This document shows, piece by piece, positions 7,045 through 11,727 of a stretch of 11,727 nt of DNA. Origin of the DNA: Promethearchaeota archaeon. Its GTDB lineage: Archaea > Asgardarchaeota > Lokiarchaeia > Sigyniarchaeales > SOKP01. The notes beneath the pieces were generated by a model. It searched no databases. It was not told the origin of the DNA and saw only the letters and a list, made by a program, of their open reading frames with translations. Every line of letters begins with the position of its first letter. Position 1 is the first letter of the stretch. The DNA is taken from NCBI GenBank assembly GCA_013375475.1, contig JABXKD010000099.1:1-11727 (forward strand), read 5' to 3'. Position numbers and translations under genes: made by a program.

Positions 7045-8220
7045 TTAATTATCGGAGATTTCAAATTCTACATCATCTAAAATCTCTATTAAATCAATAA
7101 CTTCAAACTTCATGTTGAATTTATTATTTGCGTCGCTTAAATTAGTCTTACAGAATGGACACACTGAAGAAATGATAGAAGCATCTGTTTTTTCTGCTTC
7201 TTCAAGTCTCTCCTTTGAAATCTCAACTGACCACTCGGGATATCCTATTTTTACACCACCCCCAGCGCCACAACACCAAGAGTTTTCCCGATTTCTCTTC
7301 ATTTCAACCAATTTAAGTCCTGGAATGCACTTATATACTTCTCTTGGAGCCTCGTAAAGATTCATGTGTCTACCAAGGTGGCAAGGGTCATGATAGGTAA
7401 CTGTTTTATTATATTCTGAAGTAAATTTTAATTTCCCTTCATCTAACAGTTTTTTAATCACTTCTAAGGTGTGAAATATCTGAAAATCATAATCAGCACC
7501 GTGTTTTAACCAATCTTTCTTTAAGGTTCGGTAACAACCAGCACAAGAAGTAATAATTTTTGATGCTCCAGTGTTGTTTATTTGAGCAATGTTATAATTT
7601 ATGAAATCTTTAACAGAATCTATTTGACCCGTTCTCATTACCGGGCTACAGCAACAATGTTCATCTACCAGAGTAAAATCAATATTTGCTTTTTTGAGAA
7701 ACCTCAAGGTAGCATCTCTTAAGTTTTTCTGACGATAATTAGATGTACAACCTATATAATAAACCCATTCTGCCTTGTCTGGTAAATTATACTCTTTCTT
7801 TAAATCCTCGTTATTTGAGTTTAGTTCTCCGTACGGATTAAACATTTCGTGATTCTCAATACGTTCAGTTAAGGCTTTTTGTTTCTCGGGACAGAATCCA
7901 TTTATCACGGCTTCTGCTCGAGCAGCTTCAATAATATCTACTAAAAAATCGTTAAATTTGTCAAACCTACAATTTTCCGTACAGTTTCCACATGTAGAAC
8001 AGGCATAAAGTACGTTAGCTACGCTTTGACTCCATTCGATTTCTCCACTAATTAAACCATAAATGAGCCATAATCTTCCACCGGTGGAATAAGTCTCAAA
8101 CCGATGTTTTTTATAGCTTGGACAATTGAAATCAGAAAACTCGTGCGTAAATTTGCAATATCCACACCTAAAACATCTGTGAACAATATCTTTCCAATCT
8201 TGTTCCAATTTTAATTCCAA
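7045..8220 (-). CDS. Fe-S oxidoreductase subunit with 2x[4Fe-4S] and two CCG domains (GlpC/GlcF/HdrD-like)
   Basis: CFRCGYC...CP and CSTCGNCTENC. CCG domains GC...HCCCSP...SCAGC and HDPCHLGR...CCGAGGG...CPFC. Likely TTG start at 8220 with GGAGGT 9 nt upstream. Confidence 0.88.
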   Translation of the reverse strand: MELKLEQDWKDIVHRCFRCGYCKFTHEFSDFNCPSYKKHRFETYSTGGRLWLIYGLISGEIEWSQSVANVLYACSTCGNCTENCRFDKFNDFLVDIIEAARAEAVINGFCPEKQKALTERIENHEMFNPYGELNSNNEDLKKEYNLPDKAEWVYYIGCTSNYRQKNLRDATLRFLKKANIDFTLVDEHCCCSPVMRTGQIDSVKDFINYNIAQINNTGASKIITSCAGCYRTLKKDWLKHGADYDFQIFHTLEVIKKLLDEGKLKFTSEYNKTVTYHDPCHLGRHMNLYEAPREVYKCIPGLKLVEMKRNRENSWCCGAGGGVKIGYPEWSVEISKERLEEAEKTDASIISSVCPFCKTNLSDANNKFNMKFEVIDLIEILDDVEFEISDN

Positions 8221-8222
8221 CT

Positions 8223-9593
8223 TTAATCTACCTCCCAATTTCCTGGATTCATTATACCGTTCGGATCCAAAGTGCTTCGTATAGTTTTCATTAACTTCTT
8301 ATAACTAGGATCCATTTTTCCAAGTGTTAATCTTTGTCCTTCTAATTCAGCTTTCCATGGAATACCCCCCAAATCTAATGCTAATTTATTAGTTTCATGA
8401 AGTGCTTTTCTAGCATTCTCCATATCATTGGGATCAGCTCTATTGAAAGAATAAGAAAAGAACATAACGATTGTATGAACACCTCCTATTAATCGGGAAC
8501 CTAAAGTTGGGGAGATTCCATACTTTCTTGCCAGATCCGCACCCTTTTCATATGCCTCAGGAATTTTCTCAAGAGGTATAAACGCACCTACATACTCGAA
8601 ACCGCCACCTTTTCTAAAATCGGCAGCACCTGCTGCAAATATAGGTTTATCCAAGTATAAATTTTTCATTTTTTCTGGAGCTTTCATAAACCTCGCGTTA
8701 GACTTTCTGTAAATGCGTTTAAGAGCTTTGCTTTGACGTTCTATATCCTCTTCTGAATTACCTGTAATATAAACCATAACAAATACATAACCTTTCATCC
8801 ATTCAGGTTTATCTTGCTTTCCTAGAAGTATATCTTCAGCATAGCCAGTAGCCGTGATTTTCAATAGTAGATCTGGTAAATCTTTAGGATCATTCATTAA
8901 TCCAAATATTATATCTCTCATTTTAGGTTTTGGAAACAATTGAATTGAAAGCTTAGTCACTACGCCCATGGTCCCAAAAGCGCTAATAAATAAACCAATG
9001 AAATCAGGAATTGGGCCTCTATCAAACCAGTAATCGGAAACAGCACAGGATCCTAATTTGCAAATTTCTCCATTAGGCAAAACGACTTCAAGACCGTTAA
9101 TCATTGCTCCATGACCACCATATCTTTGTGATAAATATCCCGATCCATGAATCAACATATTTCCCGCAACAGTAGCAGAAGGTGGAGCGTCTGGAACAGG
9201 TGGTTGGAGACTTGGATAATTCTCATTTAGATGAGATAGTATTTGACCTGTTGTAACTCCTGCTTCAATAAGAGCATATTGACTAAACTGATTAATTTCT
9301 ATTATTCGATTCATTCTTTTCATATCTAATACTATTCCACCTTTTACTGGAATTATTAATCCACTTAACGTAAGTCCGCCGCCCATCGGAACTATGGGTA
9401 TCTTCTCTTGATTTGCTAATTTTACGATTTCCTGAACTTCCTCCGAGGTACCTGGCATCACAACGAAATCAACCGTTCTGGGTAATGATGCTCCGGGATC
9501 TTGAGAATAAATATACAAATCTTCCAATTTATCTGTTGCAAAATCCTTTCCTACTATATCTTCCAGGTTTTTTAAAATAATTTCCTTTTTCAT
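8223..9593 (-). CDS. FAD-binding oxidoreductase, VAO/PCMH superfamily (GlcD/D-lactate dehydrogenase-like fold), substrate unknown
   Basis: FAD_binding_4 motifs PIVPMGGGLTLSG, VLDMKRMNRI, EAGV, SATVAGN, GLEVVLPNG and GTMGVVT. C-terminal LDPNGIMNPG. Confidence 0.88.
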   Translation of the reverse strand: MKKEIILKNLEDIVGKDFATDKLEDLYIYSQDPGASLPRTVDFVVMPGTSEEVQEIVKLANQEKIPIVPMGGGLTLSGLIIPVKGGIVLDMKRMNRIIEINQFSQYALIEAGVTTGQILSHLNENYPSLQPPVPDAPPSATVAGNMLIHGSGYLSQRYGGHGAMINGLEVVLPNGEICKLGSCAVSDYWFDRGPIPDFIGLFISAFGTMGVVTKLSIQLFPKPKMRDIIFGLMNDPKDLPDLLLKITATGYAEDILLGKQDKPEWMKGYVFVMVYITGNSEEDIERQSKALKRIYRKSNARFMKAPEKMKNLYLDKPIFAAGAADFRKGGGFEYVGAFIPLEKIPEAYEKGADLARKYGISPTLGSRLIGGVHTIVMFFSYSFNRADPNDMENARKALHETNKLALDLGGIPWKAELEGQRLTLGKMDPSYKKLMKTIRSTLDPNGIMNPGNWEVD

Positions 9594-9715
9594 TTTTTAT
9601 AAACATCCAAAAATTATCGCTTAATTCAAAATACTTTTTTTTCTATTTAAATTTATAATTTCTTATAGTTTTCTATTAAATATATTAGTAATAAGTATTC
9701 TAAAGCGTCTTAAAA

Positions 9716-10261
9716 ATGAGCATTCGCGGTAAAGAGGAAGGAATATTTAGACTCATAGGTTCGTTTTTAATTTTCGTAAGTCTCATTTTATCCGTCTTCT
9801 TCTATTTTATGGCGTTAGATAATCTATATTTATCTTTAATATCAACTTTAATTATTATTCCTCCATTTCTGATGAGTGTTCTATTAAAACTAGAGCAAGA
9901 TTTCATAGTTAAAAATTCATTAATATTCTTAATTTTACTTATTATAGTAGTAGTTGTACTAAATTTAGTCACACTCCCTTTTTATAGCATTTTACATATC
10001 ATAAGATTTGTATTAATAGAAAGCTCAGATCTATTGTTAATAAGTTGTTGGCATTTTTCCCTTTCACTTTATAAAAAGAACAAGCTAATTTTCATTATAG
10101 GTGGGTTCAGTAACGTAGTTTTGAATGTGTTATTATGGTTAAGCCTAAAGCATTTATTCGTAGTCAGCATATCTCTAATCCTAACTCTAATTTTTGGATT
10201 ATTCATGATAATCTCGGCTGAATTAATAATGAAGAAAAAAGGGTTATTAAACTACATTTAA
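9716..10261 (+). CDS. Hypothetical integral membrane protein (~6 TM)
   Basis: 181-aa ORF of alternating hydrophobic helices and short loops that fills the gap between flanking genes. No family recognised. Confidence 0.7.
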   Translation: MSIRGKEEGIFRLIGSFLIFVSLILSVFFYFMALDNLYLSLISTLIIIPPFLMSVLLKLEQDFIVKNSLIFLILLIIVVVVLNLVTLPFYSILHIIRFVLIESSDLLLISCWHFSLSLYKKNKLIFIIGGFSNVVLNVLLWLSLKHLFVVSISLILTLIFGLFMIISAELIMKKKGLLNYI

Positions 10262-10279
10262 TTAATATATTCAAAGATT

Positions 10280-11727
10280 TTAATCGAGCTTCTTCCAAAA
10301 ATTGCGTATTTCTTCTTTCGTAAAAGTAAATTTTAAACCACTAGGTTCAGAAGGTTCTTGTTTTAAAAAATCGGGGACATCATCCATATCTTTGGTAACC
10401 CCTGCTTTTTCGTTGAATGATAACTCGATTTTAAGGATATGTTTACCGATATTAATTAAGTCTTCTCGAGTCAAATTTAAATTATACATTGCGTTAATAG
10501 CGGCTGTTACAATTTCCATGTTCTCATAACTTGGTCCTATGAAATAACAGCACCCCATAGAATCTAATACTGTGGTATATACTTGTAATTCAAATGATAA
10601 ATCAAATTTACCATCGTTTTTAGTAAGTTCTCCATAATTTTTGTTTTGGCTTGCTACTCTACCAACTATAGCAGCGCCACTAGTGTGATCGGCACCCATT
10701 GGGCTTGTAGCATACGTAACACCCATACCTTTAAAAACTCTGGGATCATACGCCGAAATACATTGTCCCTTGATTTCTGGTACTCTCTTAGCATTTAACT
10801 TCTTTCCAATATTTTTAACCCCATTCCCGTATAATTTTCCTATTTCAGTATTCTCACGGATTTCTTTATCTAAAATATCAAAAACTGAGTCTGCATCTCC
10901 CCAAGAAATCTTTCCGCAATCCATAGCGACACCGACCGTACCTCCAAACTCAATAGTATCGACTCCTACATCGTCACAGAAATGATCAATTTTAGCTAAG
11001 CTATCTAAATCGTCAATGAGCAAATTCGTTCCATTTAAACACATAGTTTCGTATTCAAGGCTGGAAGTTATATGGTTCCCCTCTTTATCTACTATTAAAT
11101 TAGAGCATTTTATAACGCAATAAGGAGAGCAAGCCAAGTTTTTCTTTCCCCCTCTAGATATAACGAGATCATGGAGTTTTTCACCACTTATGTTCATAAT
11201 ATTGTCGAAGGATCCAAATCGGAAGTTTTTAGTGGGAATACCTTGATGTTCACTCATCACCCTCATATTCAATGCGGTCCCAAATGTAGAAAAAACTTTC
11301 TTAGTGTTAGCTAGTTCCTTAGCAAAAGGAGTTGATGCCTCTCTAAACTTCTTTAGATCATGCATTTTTACTTTTGATTCTTTAGGGGGGATAATTACGA
11401 CAGCTTTAATACCTTTAGAACCCATGACTGCACCTAATCCACCGCGAGCAGCGTGTCTGCTTGGATAACCTTCCAAATCGTTAGCAGCAACAGTTGCAGA
11501 GAGCATCATATGTTCACCTGCAGGTCCTATAGAATAAACACCAATATTTTCTCCGTATTTCCTTCTTAATATTTGATGTAATTCGTAATTTCCTAAGCCT
11601 TTATATTCGCTACTAGGTATTAGCTCAATCCCTTTTTCGTTAATAAGTACTATTTTTAATTCTGAGGATATATCTTCAAAAACTAAAGCTCTTATACCGT
11701 ATTTAGCCAGCAAGAGTGAAGGTCTCC
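10280..11727 (-). CDS. aor: W/Mo-pterin aldehyde:ferredoxin oxidoreductase family protein, 5'-truncated by the window edge
   Basis: Motifs IGPAGE, RHAARGGLGAVMGSKGIKAV, CSPYCVIKC, EYET, CDDVGVDTIE, YDPR and TSPMGADH. The frame stays open to the window end (..RPSLLLAKYG). Confidence 0.92.
   Translation of the reverse strand, partial: RPSLLLAKYGIRALVFEDISSELKIVLINEKGIELIPSSEYKGLGNYELHQILRRKYGENIGVYSIGPAGEHMMLSATVAANDLEGYPSRHAARGGLGAVMGSKGIKAVVIIPPKESKVKMHDLKKFREASTPFAKELANTKKVFSTFGTALNMRVMSEHQGIPTKNFRFGSFDNIMNISGEKLHDLVISRGGKKNLACSPYCVIKCSNLIVDKEGNHITSSLEYETMCLNGTNLLIDDLDSLAKIDHFCDDVGVDTIEFGGTVGVAMDCGKISWGDADSVFDILDKEIRENTEIGKLYGNGVKNIGKKLNAKRVPEIKGQCISAYDPRVFKGMGVTYATSPMGADHTSGAAIVGRVASQNKNYGELTKNDGKFDLSFELQVYTTVLDSMGCCYFIGPSYENMEIVTAAINAMYNLNLTREDLINIGKHILKIELSFNEKAGVTKDMDDVPDFLKQEPSEPSGLKFTFTKEEIRNFWKKLD

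Noticed and set aside
9594-9715. Specific TATA boxes or operators in the divergent spacer
   Set aside because: Several TTTAAA/TTTATA-like words occur, but the region is too AT-rich to single any out.
387-10985. Short alternative ORFs 387-569, 1411-1599, 4129-4374, 5385-5630, 6350-6538, 7112-7357, 10302-10529 and 10770-10985
   Set aside because: All lie antisense within well-supported genes and show no recognisable motifs.
1-11727. CRISPR array, tRNA/rRNA, IS element, or defence/prophage genes
   Set aside because: No spaced direct repeats, structured GC-rich RNA segments, transposase, integrase or defence-type domains were seen. The only nuclease is housekeeping endonuclease IV.

Overview
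AT-rich archaeal DNA, most likely Asgard (Lokiarchaeia/Promethearchaeia-like). This assignment is inferred from the IPGF-TM-basic C-terminal anchor, the W-x-V-D-I-G-D repeat surface protein and the gene set; it is not proven. The + strand carries an 809-aa secreted, three-repeat surface glycoprotein. It is followed by a tight putative operon: two MgtE/SLC41-type half-transporters, a tandem (PhoU-RCK_C)x2 protein, a PHI/SIS-fold protein and a stand-alone SET-domain protein. The - strand carries an FAD-linked oxidoreductase, a CCG/4Fe-4S partner and endonuclease IV, plus a 5'-truncated aldehyde:ferredoxin oxidoreductase. A small membrane protein lies on the + strand between them. The most notable signal is the leader of the transporter operon. 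It holds a perfect 16-bp palindrome (ATTAGGTGCACCTAAT) resembling a DtxR/MntR/SirR operator, and an unannotated 47-codon poly-Asp uORF that overlaps the first transporter start. Together these suggest an uncharacterised metal-regulated cation-transport and signalling module. No RNA genes, CRISPR arrays or mobile elements were seen.
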